A stretch of DNA of 23,352 bases, from contig NW_021836560.1 of assembly GCF_006345805.1 (NCBI RefSeq), forward strand, positions 1-23,352. Reading direction: 5' to 3'. The first letter of the stretch is position 1; each line of letters opens with the position of its first letter. This document shows, one piece after another, positions 1 to 11,030 of this stretch. The position numbers and the translations under genes are program-made. The notes under the pieces are model-generated. The model was not told the DNA's origin. It made no database searches and worked only from the letters and a program-made list of their open reading frames with translations. The stretch comes from Octopus sinensis (lineage: Eukaryota).

Positions 1-445
1 TACTAGCTTCTGCTCCCCTCACTTAGTCGTGGCATAGGTTTTGCTTCCGTACAAAATTGCAGGTAAAACTGAGCCGTTCAAGAGGTTGACGCGCGTGGTC
101 CTATACAGGTTCTTTTGATCCATCTTTGGCGCTATTAAACCGCCAGCGGAGAAAAAAAATTGTCGCAGCATCGGTGCTAAGCAGTGTTTAGGCATAAGCG
201 AACTTTAGGTCAGTTCAAATATGTTTGTAAAATATTTAAAATTCTAAACACAAATTTATTGCTGTTAACGTCGCGAGAAAATGCTCTCTTGTGTAACAAC
301 ACCATATCTCCACGATGGTTCCCCCTGTTGGACTCTCAGCATCTAGCATTATCACGAGTTCACAGAAATAATGGATTGGTGTGGTGTGCAGGAAGGCCGC
401 TGATAGTCAGACATCCCTCAGTTTTTTGTTAAATTACTCTCCCTC

Positions 446-905
446 TCTTTCTCTTTTACTTGTTTCAGTCATTTTGACTGCGGCCATGCTGGAGCACCGC
501 CTTTTAGTCGAGCAAATCGACTCCGGGACTTATTCTTTGTAAGCCCAGTGCTTATTCTATCGGTCTCTTTTGCCGAACCGCTAAGTGACGGGGACGTAAA
601 CACACCAGCATCAGTTGTCAAGCAATGCTAGGGGGACAAACACAGACACACAAACACCACACAACACACACACACACACCACACATATATATATAATATA
701 ATATAATATATATATATATATATATATTACATATATACGACAGGCTTCTTTCAGTTTCCGTCTACACCAAATCCACTCACAAGGCATTGGTCGGTCCGGG
801 GCTATAGCAGAAGACACTTGCCCAAGATGCCACGCAGTGGGACAGAACCCGGAACCATGTGGTTGGTTAGCAAGGTATTTACCACACAGCCACTCCTGCG
901 TCTAC
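446..905 (-). mobile_element. Near full-length tRNA-derived SINE (octopus-type family 1) with internal (CA)/(TA) microsatellite
   Basis: Minus strand has A-box TGGCTGTGTGG (882-892) and B-box-like GGTTCTGTCCC (839-849). The 3' part (ttttacttgtttcagtcat...cgctaagtgacggg) recurs at 4768-4908 and the head recurs at 13253-13400. Family assignment is from recall. Confidence 0.85.
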
Positions 906-1120
906 TTTGATATAAAAGCGGACATCAAAGGAATGTAATCAGGCATTTTGGATAAGCTTTTGCGTGCGTTTCACATGATGGGACTCCCACACACAGGACA
1001 CTGCGATCCATAACGAAACTGGATATGTTGACCCCCACCTGTCTCTCGGTCATTTTGCACAGGTATCGCTAACATTTTACATACGCATTGCCGAATAATA
1101 TAAAGCTTCAAGTCAATAAA

Positions 1121-1280
1121 TGTGTGTGTGCGTGTATGTGTGAGTGCGTGTATGTGTGTGTGCGTGTGTGAGTGTAAGTGTATGTATGTGTGTGTGTGCG
1201 TGTGTGCGTGCGTGCGTGTATGTGTGAGTGCGTGCATGTGTGTGTGCATGTGTGAGTGTAAGTGTATATATATATGTGTG

Positions 1281-1311
<31 letters not shown>

Positions 1312-1317
1312 TTGTGT
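1121..1317. repeat. Compound (GT)n microsatellite with a duplicated ~85 bp higher-order unit
   Basis: The pattern tgcgtgtatgtgtgagtgcgtg..tgtgtgagtgtaagtgtat occurs twice, at about 1129 and 1213. Confidence 0.85.
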
Positions 1318-1567
1318 GGAGGCGCGCGGTTTACTGGTTAGGGTGTCAGCATCATGATCGTAAGATTGTGGTTTCGATTCCTGGACCAGCTGACGCGTTG
1401 TGTTCTTGAGCAAAACACTTCATTTCACACTGCTCCAGGCCACTCAACTGGCAAAAAATGAGTAACCCTTTCATGGGGAACACATACATCAATCTGGGGA
1501 ACACATACGCGATTGAAACCGGGAAACCGGGCCCATGAGCCAAGCCAGGCTTTAAAATTGCGCATTT
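1318..1567 (+). mobile_element. tRNA-derived SINE (family 2)
   Basis: tRNA-like head ggcgcgcggtttactggttaggg, B-box GTTTCGATTCC (1371-1381), then ttgtgttcttgagcaaaacacttcat. A homologous head is at 23004-23100. Confidence 0.75.
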
Positions 1568-1870
1568 ATACACACACACACACACACACACACAGACACA
1601 CATACAAGAACACGCGTGTTTCAGATGACAGACGAACGCGCTTACACAAACTAGAAAGAAATTCCTTCCACAAAGGTTAGTGACGTTCTGATAAAAGATA
1701 TATTTTAAAAAAGTAATTTTTTAAACAGATCTTTTTTATACTTATCAAAACTGTCTCAAGTAATTTTCACAAACATATATATATGTGTGTGTGTGTGTAT
1801 GTGTGTATGTGTGCGTGTATGTATGTGTGTATATATGTATATATGTTTATATGTATATATATATATAATA

Positions 1871-2832
1871 AACCTGATTAAATGAACCTGGATTTATATA
1901 ACCTGATTAAATTAAATCAAGCCAATCTTCCATAGGCCCTTAGATTCGTCAGTAAGAAATAGCCAGAACGGAACAGATATTTCACGAGGCATTTCTGTCC
2001 CTGCCTCGGCAATATCTGACCTAAAAATTTTCAAATCATCGCACTCGCGCCCAATTTATCGGCAGCAAATAAATATAAGCCGCCGATTCCATTAAGTAGA
2101 TGAAAATTGCATAGTATAAGAAATTGGCAGGGTAAATTTTGTTAATTTTTCTCCTGGTTGCGGAATAATGTTATTTTGCGGTTTTGATGAACGCTTGGCT
2201 GTTATTCTAGTGGTGAATGGCATATTATGGCCGTTCCTTGATGTGATGTTGAACTTATAACTGGTCATGACTATTATTTTTTTCCACTAGCCGCTGGTGG
2301 CAAAAAAATTCTCACAAAATTTTTTTTTTGCCACCCTATATTGATTAATTATGAATTTTCTGGTTGATCATTAATGGAATCGGCGGCTTATATTTATTTG
2401 CTGCCGATAAATTTGGCGCGAGTGCGATGATTTGAAAATTTTAGGTCAGATATTGCCGAGGCAGGGACAGAAATCCTCGTGAAAAATCTGTTCCGTTCTG
2501 GCTATTTCTTACTGACGAATCTAAGGGCCTATGGAAGATTGGCTTGATTTAATTTAATCAGGTAGTTTACCATTAAACAGTAGATGAAACGGTGCATCGT
2601 ATAAAAAATTACAGGGTAAATGTTTTTTAATTTTCTTCCTGGTTGCGGATCAATGTTATTGCCGGTTGAAGCTTTGGCTGTTATTTCTAGTGGGTGAATG
2701 GCCTATATGGCCGTCCTTGATGTGATGTTGAACTTATAAATGGTCTATGACTATTTAATTTTTTCCCACTAGGCCGCTGGTGGCAAAAAAATTCTACAAA
2801 ATTTTTTTTGCCACCCTATATTGACTAATTAT
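1871..2832 (+). mobile_element. Non-autonomous Penelope-pLTR/retrozyme-like element: inverted segment plus about 1.5 tandem copies of a ~484 bp unit
   Basis: 1901-2095 is the reverse complement of 2371-2563. 2096-2352 is directly repeated at 2580-2832 (offset 484). It contains a hammerhead motif, has no ORF, and is flanked by (TA)n. Confidence 0.75.
2504..2609 (+). ncRNA. Type I hammerhead ribozyme with extended stem II
   Basis: Stem I ATTTCTTA (2504-11) pairs with TAAAAAAT (2602-09; perfect TAAGAAAT in the other copy at 2117-24). Core CTGACGA 2512-18. Stem II base ATCTA/TAGAT (2519-23/2581-85). GAAA 2586-89. Stem III CGG-TGCA-TCG. Cleavage triplet GTA 2599-2601. Confidence 0.8.
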
Positions 2833-3244
2833 ATATATAAATATATATATACACAGACTAGCACATTTATAAATGAATATATGTACATGTGTATGCACAA
2901 GTGTGTATATCAGCTTATATTTTCTTATACACACATATATGCATTTGATTTGCATACATATGTACATATGAGCGAGCGTACGTGCGCACGCGCAAGCGTG
3001 TGTTTATCAGGATCAACTTGCTAATCTAATTTGCGTCTCCGGTGAAAAATGACAATCATAAGGCTGGTCACATGGTTTCCCTCCTATAGATACACTCTGC
3101 CTGCTTTTGTGTGTATGTATATTCATATATAAGCCTCTTTACTTGCGCGTTTGTGAGTTTATACATGTATGCGTGTGTTTGCGTACATATGTAGGTTTTT
3201 GCGTATTATCGTGTGCATGAATGTGTGAGAGACAGATAGATGGG

Positions 3245-3277
<33 letters not shown>

Positions 3278-3759
3278 GGGGTAGAGGGAGAGGGAGAGAA
3301 TGTGTGTCTTAGTAGCGATAAATTTTGGGGAAGATAAAGATGTTTGGATGTATTTTTAGGAGTTGGGAGATTGTAAGAGACACATGGACGATAGACGGGA
3401 GGGAGAAAAAGAGAGAGAGAATAAGATCCGAAGAGAGGCGGACAATCAGTCAGGCGGGCAGGCGGGCAAGCAGACATATCCGCCATTTCAAGTGATCACT
3501 GCGACCTTGTCTTTCATTTCCGGTATAAGAGTGTGATGTATTTAATTGGCAGCCGACCGGAAGTGGAAATCTGTGTTAGTAAAAATGAACGGAAAGGAAG
3601 GAATGTTGTTTGGTGGTAGATAACTAATTCCATTCACAAGATTTAGTCGTCAGACCAGAATCTTCTGGAAAATGGAAACACCCAGTCGAACATCGCGTCC
3701 GGTTCGTTTCCAGCAGCAGCCGCTTGCTGTATACAACCCCCAACCCATATTATGCTACA

Positions 3760-4170
3760 CACCTTTGCGCTAACACCTCACCACACCACGCCACACCTTA
3801 CCAAATCATATAGACAAACAGCGACACATCTCTGCTGCTGCTTAACATCCCACTCGTCACAAAGTGCCACTACACCGCGCCACACCAGATGATATAGACA
3901 AATAGCCACTTCGCCTCTTCTACCTCTCCACTGAACTACTGAACATACCTATATTGCACTGCACCATACCACACCAAATCCTATAACCAATGAACGACAC
4001 TCCTCCCCCCTCCTCATACACATACACATACTCACATAAGTTAACAATTCTACCCCATGCTACACCGTACCGAGCCGATTCGTATAGAGAAACAGCCACA
4101 AATTATTCGAGCCACTACCTCCTCACTATATGATACCGCCTCAGATGACATACATCAGCAACGACACAGA
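3760..4170. repeat. Degenerate minisatellite, about 85-100 bp period
   Basis: Motif resembling ccaaatcatatagacaaacagc at 3801, 3885, 3974 and 4075, within (ACACC)-rich sequence. Confidence 0.6.
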
Positions 4171-4446
4171 AGAGTAGAGGACACTGCACGACATTAAACA
4201 TTACCATATCACAAAACATCATCCAGAAACAACACGGAGAGCTTTACAAAGTAACGTGATGTGCTAGAAATAGCAACCAAAGTCTTAATTACCGTCTTTA
4301 AAGAGATGAAAGTACGTATTCGACGATATAGACCTAGATACAAAAAAAACACGTGATAATTACGAATGAAAATCACGAATGTCTTAAGCCTGTTTCGAGC
4401 TGAGCAACAACTACATAAACAGAAAGAATACCAACGCTCAGACAAA

Positions 4447-4623
4447 GGGGCACTCCGTCGGTTACGACGAGGATGTTTCGTGTTGATCCGAACAATAAAA
4501 ACGTTTGCTCGTGAAATTAATGTGCAAATGGCTGAGCATACCCTTAACGTAGTTCTCAGGGAGATTCAGCATGACACAGAATGTGACAAGGCTGACACTT
4601 TGAATTACAGGTACTACTCATTT
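4447..4623 (-). mobile_element. 3' portion of a SINE-like interspersed repeat (head missing)
   Basis: Sequence cactccgtcggttacgacga...gctcgtgaaattaa...tacccttaacgtagttctc...gtgacaaggctgac is recalled as an abundant octopus repeat. On the minus strand it begins aaatgagta, also seen in the family 2 SINE at about 1456-1464. Confidence 0.6.
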
Positions 4624-4767
4624 GTGTGTGTGAGTGTATGTATATATATATTTATATATATATGTTGTATATATGTGTATATATATATATATATATGTTT
4701 GTAAGTATTTAATTATGCATATGTATATATACATATATATATGCATTATAAAATGTTTTTTTTTTTT

Positions 4768-4908
4768 TTTTACTTGTTTCAGTCATTTGACTACGGCCAT
4801 GCTGGAGCACCACCTTTAGTCGAGCAAATCGACCCCAGGACTTATTCTTTGTAAGCCCAGTACTTATTCTATCGGTCTTTTTTGCCGAAACGCTAAGTGA
4901 CGGGATGT
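4768..4908 (-). mobile_element. 3' fragment of SINE family 1
   Basis: Close match to 454-598 of this window. Confidence 0.85.
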
Positions 4909-4981
4909 ATGTATATATATTTGTATGTATATTTGTATGTATATATATTTGTATTTACATGTATTAATATATATACATGTA

Positions 4982-5866
4982 CTAAATGTGATCAGTAAGT
5001 ATCCCGGCTGTTGCCATAGTAACGAAGCTAAAGCAGGCAAAGTGAAGACGCTTGTTAAAATTGACCTTAGACTCAATTGTGCATGCGCACAAAAGTTTAA
5101 CGCTCTAGCTCACTTTCGCTGTTTACAGCTGTACTTGGAAAAACGTGTGTAGCGCATGATCGTCGCATTGGCCATGACAGATAAAGCTGTCACAGTGATA
5201 CCTGCGCAGAGCCCTACGGAAAGTTGCAGAGAGCGTATGGAGAGGATAGTATGAGTCGCACACATACGTACGAGTAGTTCAGACGTTTCCAAGTTGACCG
5301 GCGAAATTTCAATTGGGACGAACGTTCTGGGAGACACGCAGCCAACAGAACTGAAAAAAAAAAACATCGCAGATGTTCTTGTTCCTGTGAGGGGAAATCA
5401 TCAAATCTCTATCTGTGAGTTATCAGAGGATGCGCAGATTAGTTACGGTTCAGTTCAGTCAATTATCGTTAAAGATGTGGGTATGAGAAAACGAGTCTGC
5501 GGAGTTTGTGCCCAAACTGCCTTCGGCTGACCAAAACGACTATCGTTTTTCAGTTGGACAGGATCACCTTGATAGTGTCGTGAATGATAAAAAAACTTCC
5601 AGAAAACTTTGCGTAGGCTTCTGAGTAGCTAACAACAAGCTTTTAGCAAAATGTGATGCAAATTCTCTGCTAAGCTATTCCTATCATGGCCAATGCGACG
5701 GTTACATGCTACACAGCTTCCTCCCAAGCCGAAGCGAGCTAGAACGTTAAAACTTAGTGCATAAGCAAAGCAAACTTGCAAGTCAATCTGTGCCAAGCAG
5801 CGTTACTTTGCGTGCATTAGCTTCGTTACTACAGCAGTAGTTCGGATACTTATTGATCAGACCACG
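4982..5866 (+). mobile_element. Internally deleted, decayed mariner-type (Tc1/mariner) DNA transposon
   Basis: Diverged TIRs of about 140 bp (tgatcagtaagtatcc...tagtaacgaagctaa at left; ttagcttcgttacta...ggatacttattgatca at right), TA at both flanks (4980-81, 5867-68), and an internal transposase remnant. Confidence 0.85.
5194..5560 (+). pseudogene. Mariner transposase N-terminal HTH remnant
   Basis: Translation YGKLQRAYGEDSMSRTHTYE*FRRFQ..DERSGR / NIADV..ISICELSEDAQISYGSVQSIIVKDVGMR / FVPKL matches the mariner paired HTH and WVPHEL-like linker. It has a stop and frameshifts, and no DDD catalytic domain. Confidence 0.8.
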
Positions 5867-5932
5867 TATTTGCAGTATATATATCTGTATATATGTATTT
5901 TGTTTTGCAAAATAGTGGTTTTGTCTCTAATA

Positions 5933-5934
<2 letters not shown>

Positions 5935-5974
<40 letters not shown>

Positions 5975-6047
5975 TATATATTATATTATTATATATATAT
6001 TATATATATATCTATATATAATATATATATATATATGTATAAATATA

Positions 6048-6085
<38 letters not shown>

Positions 6086-6360
6086 TATCTATATATATAT
6101 ATATATATATAATATATAGATATATATATATATTAAATGCGGTGCATTAGCTTGGCCGCAGCTCTGAGCTGAAACTATAAATATAGCTGAAAAAAAATAT
6201 ATATGCGTGTGTGTGTATATATTATATATGTATTTATGTGTGTGTATTGCGTTGTGTATATAAGTGTATATACATATGATATATTATATATAATATATAT
6301 ATATGTGTGTGTGTGTGTGGTGTGTGTATGTATATATACATGTATGTTGTATATATATCT

Positions 6361-6392
<32 letters not shown>
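5935..6392. repeat. (TA)n and TA/TG microsatellite block
   Basis: Directly visible. It is interrupted by a short SINE-tail-like piece at 6137-6175. Confidence 0.9.
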
Positions 6393-6427
6393 GTAAATGA
6401 ATGACGGAAGATACAACGTATGAGAAC

Positions 6428-6537
6428 TTTTTATTTATCACGTCAATCGTTTCGACACATCTAGTATCGATCCTTCACAGATGGTACACTTAGCAACTGT
6501 TTCAGGGGTAGATGTGTCTCATCGGGGAATAAATAAA
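6428..6537 (-). ncRNA. Degenerate type I hammerhead motif (Penelope-like repeat remnant)
   Basis: Minus strand reads tttatttattcc CCGATGA gacacatcta-(45 nt)-tagatgtgtc GAAAC gatt GAC gtgataaataaa. It has a perfect 10 bp stem II, but the core U4 and cleavage triplet deviate. Confidence 0.55.
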
Positions 6538-6883
6538 CACAAGTAGTTAAGATAATAGTTCCGTAATGTATCTTCCTATTTCCTAGCAAGAAAAGTAGGA
6601 AAACGAAAGAAATATATTCATTTACATGGTGGAGCAAAAATAAAATCACAGATGCAAAATTGAAACGAGCCATGCAACACGGCGAAGAAAGTATCAAAAA
6701 TGACCGTTAACAAATATGGATGTATAGGCTCCCTCGTGCAAGCTGCAAGGCGCATGTACACTCGCTCGTATAAGCATCCGCGAAAATGTAGGCATACGCA
6801 CACGTGTAGTTTGGGGCACTCACGTAAACAAAGCGGGCTAAATAGCTACTTGGTTTCTATAAGAACGTGGTGGTTTAAACTAA

Positions 6884-6968
6884 GCTTCTGATGCTGACGG
6901 TATTTTGTAATGGAGTACAGTTTTCATTCCTGTATTTAAAAGATAGGTACGAAACAGCTGTAATGAGC
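6884..6968 (+). ncRNA. Degenerate hammerhead motif
   Basis: CTGACG gtattt...aggtac GAAAC AGCT GTA atgagc. The palindromic loop III and GTA triplet are typical, but the core A9 is missing and stem I is poor. Confidence 0.4.
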
Positions 6969-7231
6969 TGACGATTATGCATTGTATGCTATTATGCATT
7001 TGATAATAATACACTTACAGGATTTCCATAAATCCAATATGTTATTTTGGTACTTATTGGAGTCTTCGAAAACTCACTGTCGATCACTGCTCGAAATTAT
7101 GAGTAGATAGACAGTCGACAACTGATGAAGAGTCGTTCTTTATGTTACGTGTCCTGTCTTCCATTTGTTTCTTTCGCTGTTTGCGTTTTGAACACATTTG
7201 CTTACTGTTGGTGACGTTCTCTACCCATATA

Positions 7232-7268
<37 letters not shown>

Positions 7269-7322
7269 ATATATATATATACAATAATAAATCTCTGGGC
7301 GAGATATAAACAGTAACTGCTC

Positions 7323-7827
7323 TATAACATAAGAGGGATCAGCCATCTGAATGTGGCTAGGGTCAGGGCGGGGTGGTGGGGGTGTTACTGATGCATTTAG
7401 CCCCAGGCGAACATCGACGTCACCAGAAGAGCTGACACTATCTCGGTGTCCTTGCCAGCCAGCAAAGGGAGATCAGCCTCCCCGAAGATACGGATATTAC
7501 ACACGGACCGGTTTCGCAGATTTTCTACGCCAGTGACTGTGGTTACTGTGAAAATCTATATATATCCAGCCTGCAGAGGAAGTCCTTCAACGAAGAGCGG
7601 TGCTTACCATACGTTGACAAGAGGCAATAACCTCGAAACCGGTCCGTGTGTAGTATCCGTATCTTCGGGGGGGCTGATCTCCCTTTGCTGGCTGGCAAGG
7701 ACACCGAGATGGTGTCAGCTCTTCTGGTGACGTCGATGTTCGCCTGGGGCTAAATGCATCAGTAACACCCACACCACCCCGCCCTGACCCTAGCCACATT
7801 CAGATGGCTGATCCCTCTTATGTTATA
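7323..7827 (+). mobile_element. Penelope-like inverted pseudo-LTR element (194 bp inverted arms, 117 bp spacer) with minimal hammerhead-like motif
   Basis: 7323-7516 is the reverse complement of 7634-7827. The motif catacg TTGACAA gagg-caataa-cctc GAAAC cg GTC cgtgtg lies at 7608-7650. Confidence 0.7.
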
Positions 7828-7832
7828 TATAG

Positions 7833-7872
<40 letters not shown>

Positions 7873-7873
<1 letters not shown>

Positions 7874-8632
7874 ATAAGGGCTTAGTAAAATAAATAACCT
7901 TTGCACTTGATTTTTTAATGTTTTTTCCCCCATACCTTTGTGAGTTGGCTTGAGCAAACACTATCTGAGAGAGATCTTCTTTAAGTATTAGAAATAGCTA
8001 AAGAAATTTCTTTAGCTGCTATTTCTAATGAGTTCAGTATGTGGCAAAGTAATTTATTTTACTAAGCCCTTATATATAATGTAATATTTTGAATTCGCCT
8101 AAAATGGTCCCTTTACATACTGAATACTTGGTGAAATTGATTAATAATTAAGTAATTTTACCCTCAATTGTTGAAATTATAATTCATTTCTGTCTGTTTA
8201 ATGTTTCGGTTTTCACCGATAAAACATAGTGTTTGTCAATTTTAACCCACGCTGGTGGAAAGGGGAGAGCAGAAATTCTTCGCTTGCATATTTTGAATTT
8301 GATAGCACTTTTAGTTCGAGCGGAATTCTAGAGGTGATAAGAAGCCAAAAGGGTATGCTCCCACTTTCAGTGTTCCCAAATCCGAATCAAGGAGTTCTGA
8401 GCTGACGGAAGAAATGTCGATTTGACTAATCTAGAAACGTACGTTCTCAAATAACCTTTGCACTTGATTTTTTAATGTTTTTTCCCCCATACCTTGTGAG
8501 TTGGTTTGAGCAACACTATCTGAGAGAGATCTTCTTTAAGTTTTAGTATTAGAATAGCTAAAGAAATTTCTTTAGCTGCTATTTCTAATGAGTTCAGTGT
8601 GTGGCAAAGTAATTTATTACTAAAGCCCTTTA
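7873..8632 (+). mobile_element. Penelope-pLTR/retrozyme-like partial tandem (557 bp period) with hammerhead-like motif
   Basis: 7892-8074 is directly repeated at 8449-8632. 7873-7895 is the reverse complement of 8052-8074. The motif tgag CTGACGG aaga..gtc-gattt-gac..tcta GAAAC GTAC GTT ctca lies at 8398-8449. Confidence 0.7.
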
Positions 8633-8666
8633 TTTATATATATATATTAATATATATATATATATA

Positions 8667-9166
8667 TATAACATAAGAGGATCAGCCATCTGAATGTGGC
8701 TAGGGTGGGCGGGGTGGTGTGGGTGTTACTGATGCATTTAGCCCCAGGCGAACATCGACGTCACCAGAAGAGCTGACACCATCTCGGTGTCCTGCCAGCC
8801 AGCAAAGGGAGATCAGCCTCCCCGAAGATACGGATACTACACACGGACGGTTTCGAGGTTATTGCTCTTGTCACGTATGGTAAGCACCGCTCTTCGTTGA
8901 AGGACTTCCTCTGCAGGCTGGATATATATAGATTTCACAGTAACCACAGTCACTGGCGTAGAAAATCTGCGGAAACGGTCCGTTGTGTAATATCCGTATC
9001 TTCGGGGAGGCTGATCTCCCTTGCTGGCTGGCGAAAGGACACCGAGATAGTGTCAGCTCTTCTGGTGACGTCGATGTTCGCCTGGGGCTAAAGCATCAGT
9101 AACCCACCCCCACCACCCCGCCCTGACCCTAGCCACATTCAGATGGCTGATCCCTCTTATGTTATA
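8667..9166 (-). mobile_element. Second, inverted copy of the 7323-7827 element
   Basis: Reverse complement of 7323-7827 with many single-base deletions. Confidence 0.7.
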
Positions 9167-9205
9167 GAGCAGTTACTGTTTATATCTCGCCAGAGATTAT
9201 TATTG

Positions 9206-9236
<31 letters not shown>

Positions 9237-9769
9237 ATAATATATATATATATAGCATATATGGGTAGAGGACGTCACCAACAGTAAGCAAATGTGTTCA
9301 AAACGCAAACAGCGAGAGAAACAAATGGAAGACAGGACACGTAACATAAAGAACGACTCTTCATCAGTTGTCGACTGTCTATCTACTCATAATTTCGAGC
9401 AGTGATCGACAGTGAGTTTTCGAAGACTCCAATAAGTACCAAAATAACATATTGGATTTATGGAAGGTCAAAATTGAGAACAAAAACAGGACAGTGGAGA
9501 CATACAAGAAACCGAACGAAAAGAAACATGGTGTGTCAACTATATATATACATATATTATTGTGTTTGGGTAGAGTCATTCTCTTTCAATGCCTTATTAA
9601 CTTAACACACTCACCATTCTGATTTCCACTCATTTACTTGTTATTTTTTACTAAAATATCCATTGCACTTGCAGCATTTTCAATAATCGTGGATTTTCTC
9701 CGTTTTCTGAACTACGTTCTTTTCTTTTTCCTCGTATGCACGCGTGTGAGTCAGTGTGCGAGCACATAC

Positions 9770-11030
<1,261 letters not shown>

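Larger units (their letters stand above)
7024..9465. repeat. Large inverted duplication: arms 7024-7895 and 8612-9465, spacer about 715 bp
   Basis: The arms are reverse complements over their whole length, including the (TA)n tracts, and differ almost only by 1-2 nt indels. Confidence 0.9.

Noticed and set aside
1-40. Possible Helitron 3' end on the minus strand (actag plus weak hairpin)
   Set aside because: The hairpin is too degenerate and no matching 5' TC end was found.
820-905. tRNA gene
   Set aside because: A and B boxes are present, but there is no full cloverleaf and it continues into a SINE body. The same applies at 1318 and 23004.
7060-7135. CTGATGA at 7122-28 with upstream CGAAA, a possible type II hammerhead (mirrored near 9355-9430)
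   Set aside because: Stem II register and cleavage triplet cannot be placed consistently with the core.
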